A DNA stretch of 64,000 nucleotides from Camelus ferus (lineage: Eukaryota): contig NC_045696.1 in NCBI RefSeq assembly GCF_009834535.1, positions 21,330,001 to 21,394,000 on the forward strand, written 5' to 3'. The notes beneath the pieces are model-generated. The model was not told where the DNA came from, did not search any database, and saw only the letters and a program-made list of their open reading frames with translations. A program made the translations under genes and the position numbers. Within the stretch, counting starts at the first letter, position 1. Each line of letters opens with the position of its first letter. Shown here one piece after another: positions 39,020 through 52,125 of the stretch.

Positions 39020-39700
39020 CTCATTTTTAATTTAACTTTACTATGGATACATCCAACCAGGTAAATAATTATAATTCAAGCATAGTGAATAGTCAACCTC
39101 TGGTTCCTGTGTACAACAGCTCATTTTTCTAACAACAATGCTCCCACTGTAACACACACAGGTGAGCACTAGTTTTCAGCATTTGTGTTTTCTTCCAGGG
39201 ATTTCTTGTAAAGAATATGCAATAAAACACAAGCATATATTCTTCCTAATTTCCCTCCTTTTCCACACCAAAGAATGTATACTCTACACACTATTCTGCT
39301 TATTTCATTCAATAAGGCATTTTGGAGACCTCTCCATGTCAGAATAAAAATACATTCCCCATTGTATTTGACAGGTACACAGGATTTTATTATATGAATG
39401 TGAATTAACTCAGAATCAATACCTATCACTGATTACAAGTTGTTTCCAATCTTTTGTTAATACAAGCAGTGCTCTAATGAAAACTCTTAAACAAATATCA
39501 TTTCATACATGCTATTTTATCTTTCAAGTTGGTCCTCAGATATGACATGATATTTCCACCAGTAAATATTACAGATATTTCTAGTCCTAAGAATTGCACC
39601 AATCTCCACACTCACCAACAATACATTAAAATTCTTGTTTCCCTAGAGCCTTGCAAGGTAAGTGTATTATTAAACATTTACTTTTTTGTCAATTTGATAC
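39020..39700 (-). mobile_element. L1ME-type 3' UTR fragment
   Basis: ttttggagacctctccatgtcag, gttgtttccaatcttttgttaatacaagcagtgctctaatgaa, ttgcaccaatctccacactcaccaacaat; the element resumes at ~40460-40570. Confidence 0.7.
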
Positions 39701-41939
39701 ATCAATCATTCTCAATCTTATTAGACCCAATGCTTCTTTTTTATTAAAAAATAAATTGCAATGTTCTCCTGTGCTGTGCTGCAGTGAAATTCATTCTGTA
39801 CCTTTATATCTACATAATTTCAAAAATGAAATCAATACAATGCTATTATTCTCATATAAGGGGAAATAGAAACTTTAAAGAAATTGTGCATTTCAATATG
39901 TAAATACACAGATGTCCTACAGGAGAAGTCATAATTAAGTAGTCAGGTGTGTGTACTAAGTAGAATGAAAATCTTGACAGAGCTGCGTTGTGTTGGTAAC
40001 TCAGACACCTCCCGTGGAGTTGACGTGGTTGATGTGATATTGCAAAATTGTAAGCAGCTTTTGATAAAGCTGCTAAGACAAATCAGACATGCTTCTATTG
40101 ATTCACAGAACAGTTGTATTACCGGGATGTTCAGAGAAATACTAATCCCCCACTCCCAATATTTAGTAAAAAAAAAATAATCTGGATAACAGTTCCAGGT
40201 TCAGATAATTATTAATAACTTTTTAATGTATGAATGTCTGTCAAGATATTTGAAAATTGTGTGAAATACCAGCTTTTTAAAATTTTATGTGTCTATACCA
40301 CTAATTATAGGGAATCTTGCATCAATGTCTCTATCTTTGAAATATCTGTGTCCTTAAAAATCACTTTACCAACTAAAAATATTCCCCCAAACTTAAGATA
40401 TTTTCTGTTGGTAATTAAAGCTGATACGATAGATGAAAATATCTTCCTAGAACTTTAATGTTTATTCATCTTATTATGAGTGAACTTGATATTTTTTCAT
40501 AGATATAAAATCCATTTGTTTCCTTTTTGTGACCTGTCAGTTTAACACTTTCCTCATATTTACTAGGTAGCTGGTGTTCTTCTAATCCATTCCCATATAT
40601 AATTGATATCTGCAATCTGTGGTATGAGTTGCATTCGTTCTTTGCTTTTCTTTGTTTTTGAAACTGATTGCACTTTGTTGCCTCCTCCAACCCAGGGCCT
40701 TTGTTTGGGTGTTTGATTGTTTTCTCTTTTGCTCATTTTCAGATTATTTTTATGTTATTTTTTCTAATTTTTTCAGTAGGCTGATTATATCTCACTCTTG
40801 ATTATCAGTAGAATTACATTTTATAAATTTCTTCTGAGCACAGTTTAAGCTGCATCCTCTAGGTAACGTATTCATTCACTTTTTTGATGTGTGCTGTAGT
40901 CTGGAATCTCATTTCTTATCTCCTCCCTAACACCAGAATTGCTTAAAAAGCATTTTGAAATTTGCATAAGCCAGAGGTGATTCAAAGCCTCTTTTAATAT
41001 ATTTAACTTTAATACACTGCTAGTGGGAATGCAGATTGGTGCAATTTTTAGGACTGAATGTAACTATTTCACTTTATCTACTTATTTGGAAATATCTGTA
41101 ACATTTACTAATGGCAATATTTCATATCTGAGGACCCACTTGGAAGATTATAATAGCATTCATGAAATGACACTTGTACAAGATTTGTATCATGTTATAA
41201 GTTTCTAATTGTATGCATTGTCATGACAAAATATTTTATATGTTACTTCTACTTTTTTTGTAAATTATAAATGAAATCTTTATGGCCTAATACATAAGAA
41301 TGTACCACACAGCTCTCTATTGATAAATAGATGATAGATAGAACTAGTTAGTTATATTATTTACATATGTGTCATTGTTAGTGTATCCTCTTAGTTCACC
41401 ATTTATTTATATTACATGCATCAGTCATTATACACGATGATAAAGTACCATGTTTTCTCTTCCACGCCCCTTCTCTTTCTTTTTTATTGACAATTTTCAT
41501 TACTAATAATAGGCTTTTAGTGTTTACTTTGTACTTTTAAATATGCTTATGTTTCTACTTCTCTACTTGCTGGTTTTAAAAGTTACAGTTTGACCTTGCT
41601 CTTAGGGATTGGACATTTGGCAAACATATCTTTCTCTTCCTCACTTTCTCCTACATCACCCAACTTTTCCAAATGTATCATTTTTACAAAGTCAAGGTAT
41701 ATAACATTTACATTCAACTTTATGTACAGATTGATACACTTTGTGGCTAAATATTCTCACTCATAAGATCAGTTTGTCAGTTTCCCAATCATATATTGTC
41801 TTATATACTTTCCTTAAAAAAAATCATGAAATAAAATTTTCTAAGTTTTCCCATATTTATACCTGAATATTTTGACATTTTGCTCCCCATAGATCTGAGT
41901 AACCTCCTACTAGAAACTGAACTTCCTTCAGATAACAAT

Positions 41940-43640
41940 TATAAACTATAGATAATTAAAAAGAATATATCTGAAGAACCTGGATCATGAACAAATGTAG
42001 ACAGAATCTGGAAGGCAGTCAATAGTTGGAGGAAAGGAGTAGCAAATGAAAAGATTCCTATTTTTATGACCATAAGCCTGGGGAAAAAGTAGTAGTCAAT
42101 TCTGTGCAAAAAGGCAAAAATTCTGATAGAAAACATGTACCCTATCCCAGTGTAAGAGCTGGAGGACAAAATCTGGAACAAGCACAACAGCTGGAAAATG
42201 AGACAGGGATTCACAGAAAGGAGATATTCTTAGTTGAAAAGTCTCCAAATCTCCATTTAAACTTTATCTAAATACCTGTCACTGAACCAGGCATGTGTGG
42301 GGCAGACAGCTCACCCAGCTGCAAATTTTTACAGAAGTGAATTGAGATTTAAGTTTCTCCTAAAGAAAGTGAGTTTGCAGTTTGAGCTCAATCAAGCTAA
42401 GTGCTTGTTAAAAGAAAGAAACGGAAGATTCTTCAGAGGAATATGGCAGAATACAAGGTCTCTGTATTCAAGCTAAAATTTAGAATTAATCAACAAATGA
42501 ATAATAAATGTCAGGAAACACAATCAACCAAGAACAATGACCAGGTTGTGAGAATTAGCAAACACAGATTTTGAGACAGCTAACATCACTATGCTCAATA
42601 CTAAAAAAATATACTCACAATGAATGAAAAGATAAGATATCAGAGAAATAGACAATATAAAAAAGAATCAAATGGAAGTAAAGAATCTAAAAAATATGGT
42701 ATCTGAAACAAATAACCTACAGAGAGGCTTAACAGCAGAACAGGGATGACAAGGGAAAGAGGCATAAAACTAGAACACAGGTCAATGAAGCCATCTCATC
42801 AAAAAAAGTGAAAAATTTGGGGAAAAAAATACAGTTTCAGAAAATTCTGCAATCCTATTAAACACACAGACAAATGTATTAACTTGGACTTCAAGATGTA
42901 AAGAAGAAAGAAAAAATAGGAAAGAAAAATGTATATTTTAAAAGTCATCTTTTTCTGAAATATGGAAAAGGATGTATGTATTGAAATTTAATCATTGTAA
43001 TAACCTCCAAGGAGGATAAATACGAAAGCAATCACTTCTCTGCTCCTCATAGTCAAATTACCAAAAAGTATAGATCTTTAAATTTTTTTAAAAATCTGGA
43101 TTTAAATTTATAGAGGCCAGAAGACCATGGAAAATATCTCTGAAATACTAAAGGAAAGTCACACTAAACCTAGAGCTCTGTATTCAACGATAATATTTCT
43201 TAAGAACAAAGTCAACATTAATAATGTTTTAGATACAATAAAACTAAGAGAATTTGCTGCCCACAAAATTGTATTTCAAAAGAAAATAAGGGCAATTAGT
43301 TGGACTGAAGGAAATGAAAATCATATAGACTGATCTTTAGGGGAGAAAAGCAATAGAAATTACAAATATCCAGGTAAATATAAAAGACTTCTTTTCTTCT
43401 AAGTACATTTTAAAACCTATGTCATCATTTAAAATAAAACCTATATGAATATTTTATGGATGTTTTAATGTATTTAAATGTAATCCTTCCAAAGTCTAAA
43501 GTATAAAAAATGGGGTGAGTAGCAAAGGGACATAAATCATTGTATGATTTTACATTTTACTTTTGATGAAACAATATTCACTCTAAATAAATTGAAAATT
43601 TAAGAATATATGTTATAATTTCTATAGAAACCAATTTCTA
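41940..43640 (+). mobile_element. Old L1 5' region: 5' UTR and ORF1 remnant
   Basis: ORF 43127-43333 (ENISEILKE..KPRALYSTIIFLKNK..LDTIKLREF) aligns to the L1 ORF1p C-terminal domain. The coiled-coil region (aaaaagaatcaaatggaag, ggcttaacagcaga) lies at 42540-42800. Confidence 0.8.
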
Positions 43641-46600
43641 CAGTGTAACTCAAAGTCATCTTCTTGGATACTGATGATTTCTATTTTTCTTAAATTTAGT
43701 AATAACAGAATCAAATAATCACTTTAAATGGAGAAAAGGCATTATATACTAGGATTTTTCTAAACATAAATTATTTTTTAAAAAGCAATCAGTTTGTATT
43801 TTCACAACTATGAAGATTTTACCTTCTTATATATTGTGATATCTATAACACTTCATAATGGTAATTTGTATACTTGATGTTGTAGGTGACATTTTTTCTT
43901 TCATACTGACTTCCTATGAATATATTGAAATGATGAATATTGGGACATTTATATTGATCTTTATGCATCATCTCCAGAATAGTTACTTCCAGTTGCTTAG
44001 TTTTGTTTTTCCCAATAGCTGCTACCAATTCCTGGATTTTTTCCCCATAAAGTCATGACTGAATTTCATTCTGAGCACTGGAGTGCCATTATCTTGCTGC
44101 CATTAAATACTCTCAAGTATCTTTAGCAAAATACAATATTATTTTATTATTTTCTTCTGGGGTTTTATTGTTGATCAGTGATATAGCCTCGGGTGCAGGA
44201 CAAAGCAGGACTAAAACCTAGGAGCTCTGACTTCTTTCCTCTCTCTCTTCCAGTCTATTTTTCTAACAACTTTATTACAAGTTTAATTTACATATCTGCA
44301 TTTCTTTTAGCCTCTTTATTTCCATTTTATCTAATTTTCCAATGTCTATTCCTTTTACCTTTTACTGGCTTTTCCTCCTCAGCATCTTTTTTTTCCTTCT
44401 AGTAATTCATTCAGTTTTGTCTTTATGTGTGATCACTTTACTTTCTCTTCTTTCCTAAGGACTGGTAGCTTACATATTTCGTTCCCTTCCTCTCATTCTC
44501 TCTCTCTCTCTGAACGTTTTAATTAAGATAACAGCTTCATTCATTTTATTTAAGCCCTAGTAAAATATTTTATTATGATTTCGTTTTCTCTGTGTCTATA
44601 TATCTATATTTTTGGTCCATCTTCATCATGTTAGTATGTTTTTATTTCCCTTTTTATCTTCTGCATTAAAGTAGCTCTCTGTCGATGGTTTCTAGTTCCT
44701 TTGTATTATAAATCATAACACATGGGATTTTCCTGACTTAAAGACGTTCCCTGGGGAGTGAAGTGGAAAGTTGTCTAGGAGGCCTTTCCCCTTTCTGCTG
44801 TCTCAGAAACCATATGGATGATTCGTTATATAGCCACGTTTCCCATGTTTCTCTTAATTCAACCAGAGCAGGGCAAGGAACAGGTGATTTGCTTTTCCAC
44901 ATCAAGATAAGATGTGGAAAGGATGCTCATCTGCGGGACAACAAATTTTTGTTGGCAATTTCTGAGATGTTCTGCTGCTTGGCCCGTCTACTTCCCCCCA
45001 CACACAGCTTGTGAGCAAACTCAACTATAAAAAGGCTTATATCCATTTTGGAGTGCATGGATTGTATCTGTCTCCTAATTTCACTAAAAAACTGTGTTGA
45101 CCACATTTTTTGTTTGTTTTCTTATATTTTTTGATGTTGCTTTTTTTTGCTTCTCCAGGAAAGAAAGAGGAAGATGTTGACTCACAGTTGATATCATTGT
45201 ACATTCACATAAGGGAATTGTTTTGTTTTCCTCTTAAAATGAAATTAGCATAATACATTAATTTCCTTTTTAAAAACACACAGCATTTTAGTCACCATGT
45301 GATCTGGACCACTTCAAAAGAAACTACCTGTTTTATGAGTAAAGGTTTATGTTTTTGTTTGAAAGAGGATATTGGACTTAATTGGGCATTTTCTTTTTCA
45401 GGGATATACATCAACAACTCTATTATAAAAAAAATAGTGGGCAAATATTTATAATGAATTAAACTCTCCTGAATGTTTTCTTCCAATTTGAGGTGACAGC
45501 CAGTAATAATTTAAGCTGTCCACATTGTAGGAGAAAAGAGTTTTTGAGTGATTAATAGTGGCATAAGTTATTTCTTTTTCACTAAGCATGCTAAACTTTT
45601 CCTGATAGGCTAAGGATCAAAATAACTCCTAACTACGAATCAATAACCTAAATATGACATTTTATCCATTTCACCCAACTTACAAAATAAATAAATCTTA
45701 CTTTAATTTACAGAGATTGCACATGTGTTCTAAATGCAATTCTACACCACATTCATAATATTTGAAATATATACTACTTATTCACATTTGTAGGTGTCTC
45801 TTTGTAGAAGAGAGATCAATAATCATCTGACTGAGGTTTTGAAAGAAAGAGATAAATTGCAAAACCCAAGGAAACTTCACACTAATGCATAATTGGAAAT
45901 AGAATTTGAATGTTTTCCAAACAGACAATTGCAGCTTTTCTTACATGCAGCAGGCATTTTCATTAAACAGGTTCCTTGGTAATAAATTGTATATTTACAA
46001 GGGCTTTGTTTGCAGTGTCCCTAAGAGATGATACATCAAGTTCAGAAGCATCAATAAAAGTGACTTTAATATCCAGGAAAATACTGATGCAGCTGTTTGT
46101 TTTCCAGCAGTGCCAGTAACTCATAAATAACAAAGTAACGCAGACACACCTTGGGCCAAGTGGCTATATTATCCTTTCTATAACTCTCATACCAGTAAAT
46201 CAGTTTCTGGCTTCAAATTTCTTAGAAAATCTGCCTGCTAGTTTCAGACAAGGTTCAGGTCTAAGACAATAACACCAGAAACAGAATCAGTTACCAAATA
46301 AGTGATATTTCTAAGTTGAATGAAGTTTCTAAGTTGAACTACTTTTTACAAGTCTTAGAAATTTGGGGTTATTTGAGAGTTTTAAGATCTCACTATTTAA
46401 AGAAGAGGAATGTTTAGTCAGCCTCACCTGGAAAGAGTCAACAAAAATGGAAATTTAAACCAAGGAAATCAGGTCCAAAAAAATACAGGAAATAATAATG
46501 ATATCTTGAATTTAATCAGTCACTTTTCAAAGAGGTCAACATTTTTATATATCCATCCTCACAAAATCTCTATTATATTTGTAGAAGTAGATATTATTGC

Positions 46601-46860
46601 CCCAGGGGAAATAGGCATTTTATTAGCCGTCATAGAGTCAAATGGAGTCTGAACCAAAATATGAGTGTCAACTCCCAGTCTAGAGCTATGTTAAGACTCT
46701 ACAGTATTATATTTTTAAATAGGTAGAATATGTCCTGCCACTTTTCACCTCACCCAAGGCTCCTTGACTACGTAAAAGAAAAAAAAAATTACTCATAGGG
46801 ATTCCAGGAGAGGTCTACCTTCTTGGGTAGTTCTACAGAAACGACTTCCACCCCACTTAC

Positions 46861-46959
46861 GTACTTTGTCCAACAAGCGTGTTTCTCAGCGACATTCTTT
46901 AGCATACGTGGCCTTTGTAACTTTCTCCTTTTTTGTTGCAACTCCATTTTCCCCCTTGT
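46861..46959 (-). other. Candidate internal exon (99 nt) of an unidentified minus-strand transcript
   Basis: Branch point ctaat about 30 nt upstream, acceptor cttttttacag|, donor TAC|gtaagt, length 3n with frame 0 open, local CpG enrichment, no evident repeat origin. Confidence 0.45.
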
Positions 46960-48449
46960 CTGTAAAAAAGTCACATTGAAAAAGTTTCATTAGTTACAGT
47001 TTTATTGCTAATTTTCCAGAAAAAAATTGCCTAAATACGTGTCCTTAAATTAAAAAAAAAACAAAAACTATAACATTTAAGGACGGGCTATGGTGAAAAC
47101 TTAACATAGCAAATCGTAAGGAAATGTAACATAACAAAGAAGCAGTTTGTTTTCCAAAGTCCCTATCTTTCCTTACTGTACCCTTTTATCTCTGTTTATC
47201 TGTCCACAGTGATAGGTACGTCTCCTGTTTCCTATAGTTCTTAGTCTTTCCTACTTTACAGAAAAAAATAAAAAGTTTAAATATTATCTTATACTTTAAT
47301 TTGAAAAGCATTTGAACATTTCTCACCTTCCAAGGGTTTTTGTTTTGTTTTGTTTTTCATATAAGCTTTAACTCCTGCTAAAAGAGTTGCATTGATCTTA
47401 ATGGTACTCGGGACAAGGGCTTTGGGAGTTAAGATGCTTCCCCAGTAATCCTGAAACCAAACCGACAGAGGATGTGTCATCTGCCTGTATGGAAGAATTC
47501 TTTCCTACTAGCTGCTCTAGTAGTAATGCATTTCTCCCTAAAAAGATCTTCAAAATTATTATGAATAAAATCATTTTTATGGTGAATATTAGTTTCACTG
47601 AAAGAGAAATTATATTAGCATTAAAAATTTAATTTTAAATTTGTCTAAGTACATCTTGTAAGCCAGTATCTTATGTTTAATGATAATATTTGTTTTATTA
47701 TAACAAGAGATGGTACAGTGGGAGGAGAAATATTTGTGTGTGTTTCTTTGAGTCATAGTTGATGAGATTACTGGGTTAGAAAGGGGAAGCTAGTTATTGA
47801 ATTATAAATTCCATAATCGGATCTGTCTGGTTCTCTCTCCTCTGAGTGTGATGCAGGGACATTAAACACTTCCATTCACCCTCTGGATCTGAGTGTCCCA
47901 TATTAATCACTTCATCGGCAGATTTTTTACTGTTCTAAAACACTGAATCTCTGGGGACAGATCATTATAAGGAAAAATCAAGAAACACTAAGTCTTCATC
48001 TATTTCTGCTAAAAAAATTATATCATCAAAAGTCATTTTTCTGGTAAGCTTAATATAGCCATCAGTAAGCACAGCTGTCACCTTGTAACTTTGATATTTT
48101 TATGTACAAAATCAAAATGGTTTATCTGTGAGATTATTTCGGAAAGTAGCTATAGAAGATAAACCTACCTAAGGAAATGTTTTAAAAAACACAAACAAAT
48201 CTTGCGTTATTAGGTTGTCAAAAGAGACAGATGATTAGGGTTAAGTTTTTGGTTTTTTTTTTTTAATATTCAGACCTCAAATTTAAAATTATATGATGTT
48301 TTACTGTGTGTGTTCAGGGTACTTCTTACAGAGATGTAATAGATATGTTTTAATCTTTCCCTTTTTAATTAATGGAATTGAGCACTCTGGAGATTTCTCT
48401 CCACCCATATCTATTATCAGTATCAATTCTGGTGTAAAACAGTCTTAAA

Positions 48450-48610
48450 AATGATAATAGCAAACATCCAATTTGCCCCTATTCTGTGCCATGTGCATTT
48501 TGTATTTGATTTTCTATTCCATACAATATACATGTAGGTATTATTACTCCCATTTCAGGAAAAGAAATTGAGACTCATAAGAACAATATAAACTACCAAA
48601 ATCACACAAA
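48450..48610 (-). mobile_element. MIR
   Basis: MIR core gtaggtattattactcccatttcaggaaaagaaattgagactca...ccaaaatcacaca. Confidence 0.7.
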
Positions 48611-48617
48611 GAACTAG

Positions 48618-49160
48618 CTTTTGGTTTCGCTGACTTTTTTCTCTATTGATCTCCTGTTTAAAATTTTATTGATTTCTGCTCTAATTTTTAGTATTTCTCT
48701 TCATCTGTTTGCTTCAAGCTTGCATTGCTTTATTTCTCTTATTTCTTGAGATGGCAACTTAGATTACCGGTTGCACATCTTTCTTCTTTTCTGATATATA
48801 CATACACTGTCAAAGTGTGGCAACATCCCCCCGCTCCCCCAAGCAGGACATCCAGTGATTTCTCACAGCCACGCGGGTCCACACTCAGACTTGAGCAGTT
48901 TGTCACAGGTACCATCAAGTGTCTCTCTCTACCAGTTACAGACCCCAGTGATGCCTGTTCCAAGTGAGCTGATCTTGGCTATGATTTTGGAATTTGCCTG
49001 TCTCTCCAGACTTCAGGGTGGCATCATGCCCTGTGACCTCAATTTCCTGATAGATCTAAAAAATATTTGTGTTTTAGTTTATTCAACTTTCTTCTTGTTG
49101 GTGAGAACAAGAAAGATGACTTCCAAAAGTTTTTATGTACTGTAGCTGAAACAGAAAGTC
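48618..49160 (-). mobile_element. Old L1: extreme 5' UTR fused to an ORF2 fragment
   Basis: 49160-48860 resembles an L1M 5' terminus (gactttctgtttcagct...). 48810-48618 encodes YIRKEERCATGNLSCHLKK, matching ORF2p YIRKEERSQINNLSFHLKK just after the endonuclease domain. Confidence 0.75.
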
Positions 49161-51531
49161 TGACCTTGTACTTTTATTGAATGAGATAAGGTTTTTAACA
49201 TTTAAGGTTTAAGACTGTGAACTATTTTAAGCCAAGTCAAGTGGTTATATGATAACAACAAAAAGAGTAATGAATAATTTTGAATTTGTTTTTCAAAATT
49301 GAAAGCTGTTTTTTGTTTGATCTTTTCATTTGTTGGTATATTTCATTCCCACTAATTTATATATTCATGAAAATAGGATTGCATTTTATTCTTATTTGTT
49401 ATCTTTACAATTAGCACTAGGTAAAATAAATGTAAGTTGATCTGAATCAAATTAAAATAAATTATGTTGAAATGTGCACTTTGCTCTGATTATTACTATA
49501 TCATTTCTTACAGAGATCAATACAGTACGTGGATCTTTGCTTATGTGGGACAAATATCAATTATTATGTTTAAGTGCCCTTCTTCTGTTTCATTAGGAAA
49601 AGCCATTATAAGCCAAACTAAACAATCTAATTATATTTAACTTATTTGTTTTTGTGCTTACTCCTCCAATAATTTTTAGATTTATATAAGCTCATAGAAA
49701 TCTTCCAAGCTATTTATGATATTAAAAGCATATAATATGGTTAATCATAACTATAAATTTTCATGTAAATTTCATGTAGATTTACATGCTCTTTTTTCTT
49801 TTCATTTTATAAGAACCAAAACTTTTACTTTTGTCATTTAAGGAAATCAGCATCTGGCTATCCTCAACTCCCTCTTTGCACTGCTATTCTCTGGGAAATC
49901 AAAGCAAATAATTTCCATGTTTTCTTTCTCACTTTTTTGATATTCACCATTTCTTAGCAGTTTCAGCAATAAGATTCAGTTCTCTAAAATAATAAAATTT
50001 TCACATATAGGGCATCAAGTATTCTAGAGCAAAACAGTAGATTCTTGCTTTTCTCTTTTCAAAAAATATATATCTGTGTATTGATATATGTGCATATATT
50101 CATATACACATACATACACATATAATATATATGTATATCCTAATTTATGTGGCCATACAGTGATCACTGTATCACATACCAGTAATTTATGTGACCATAC
50201 ACACACACGTATGCACACATTAAGAATGGCATAGTTATGCTGGAATGAGGAATATACCTGTATATTTATAACTATACTTCTTTGAATAAAAGGGACTATG
50301 TTAGTCTCCATTATTAAAATTCTAAATCACATTTAACCATGCAGCCTATATTTAATTTATACTGATAGGCTTCATACAAATAAAGGAAACATATAGAAGT
50401 AACCAGATTCAATAATATTTTTTCCAAATATCAGAAGAAAGAGGTCATGCACTGAAACTGCTTTTGTTTTTTCTTTTGAGCAGAGGCAGTCATATATACT
50501 ATGCATCTACTTTCAATTAATTTCTCAGCAATGCAAAAATAATGTTTTCTTTTTTTCCCTTAAGTTTAAAAAAGAATTAATAGCATGTAGAACTTTTCTG
50601 AATGTTCCAAATCAAGGAAATTATGCTTGTGGATAATTGTGACAGGTGTGTCTGTATAAATACAACCCTAACTCAGCTTTATGAAATCATTTCTTTTTAT
50701 TAAAGTGGAATGCATCAAAAAGGAAAATGAAATATCTAAATCCTCATGATTTTGCCTCATGATTAACAAATCTAACGCCAGTCTCTCATGAAGTACCATC
50801 TGCTCTTGCAAGCACATTTATAGATAAGGCTTATCAAAACTGTAAGGGATTATGAGGAAGCAAAAAGAAACAACAATAAAAGTAGCTTAATGAAATTCTA
50901 TGACAAACTAGAAAGGAAGACCACATCATTTTTTAAAATAAAATCTCTGAACTTTCAGTAGGCAAAACAAATATTTACTGAAAAACATGTATTCTAAATA
51001 TATGCAATCTCAGAGTTGCGGATATTAAGACTTGGCCAGAAAGTTACATTTATGAAGTAATCAAATGATGCGTTACCCATTATACCTAATTTTATATAGA
51101 CAAATAAGTTACTGACAAAGTTGAAATATGTCACATTATTGATAAGTTTCTTTATATTAATCTATTGATGTAGGTTACAATTTACATTATTGTATTTTCT
51201 CTTCTGGTGGATGAAATTCACAATGTTCCTTATACCTTGGCTTTGAATGTCTTTACATCATTCCCATTTTTATTTCTTTCTAAATGTTTTTTAAACTCAA
51301 TTTATTTAAATAAACAAATGTTGAAAACTTTAAAAAATGTTAATTATATTTAAATAGGTGAAGTTCTTTTCCTTTTATTCCCCTCAAAGGATTTAAACAC
51401 GAGTGGATCTTTGTAGACACGCCATCTTTAAATTACTTTAATACCTTGCTTGATAAACTAACACAAATGTTTGACAAGCCCTAAAAAAGTTATTAACACA
51501 TAACCAGAAGACTAGGACTGGCCATCTACAC

Positions 51532-52125
51532 TGTGACTATTCCTGCGGTGTCCTCCCCTGAAGGAGGATTATACATACCTGCTCTGTGGGAAGCACGATG
51601 AACTGTGCTCTGAAATTGTTGAGAAGGGGTCTTGTGCATGCAGTGTTGAGGCTCCCTCGCCCCTCCCCCCACCCTTGGCCACATTGGAAAAAGCCTTGAA
51701 CCTGGAGCACTTTCCTACTGAGAGATGAAGGCTTCTCACTGCCTTTGCTGGGTCTACTGCCCTGTGTGGGAATATCATTCTCAGTCTCAGACTCAGCGTG
51801 TGCTCTGTTGTTATGCTTAAATGTGTGTGTCATCTGGCTCCCAGCCAATTCCACTACTATTTCTGTCCCCTGCTGGGAGGGGAGGACATCCTTCTACTGC
51901 AAGACAAGAGGAATGTGTGCAGAGCAGTTGCCCTGCATCAGCCTCCAGGAGGGACCGCCTGCCCGTGGGGGACCGATGCCCGCCACTGAGGCAGCTCTTG
52001 CTTAGCCTCCTCTCTATGTGAGTAAAACCTTGTTTCATCTTGTGCTTGACTGTGTTGTGTTTTTCTCTGCTGCTCTGATACCAGGGTGCCCTGAGTAGAA
52101 ATCTTTGGACTCTAGAATAAACAAC
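51532..52125 (+). mobile_element. ERVL-class solo LTR (MER54/MER73/MER74 group)
   Basis: GC-rich island; ttgccctgcatcagcc, gggggaccgatgccc, ctctatgtgagtaaa (poly-A signal), gtgcttgactgtgttgtgtttt, ends ...aacaaca. Confidence 0.7.

Noticed and set aside
45105..45250. Strong plus-strand acceptor (ttttttttgcttctccag|GAAAG)
   Set aside because: No good downstream donor, early stop, and it abuts degraded L1-like T-rich sequence.
51537..52038. Six overlapping ORFs on both strands
   Set aside because: Explained by the high GC content of an LTR.
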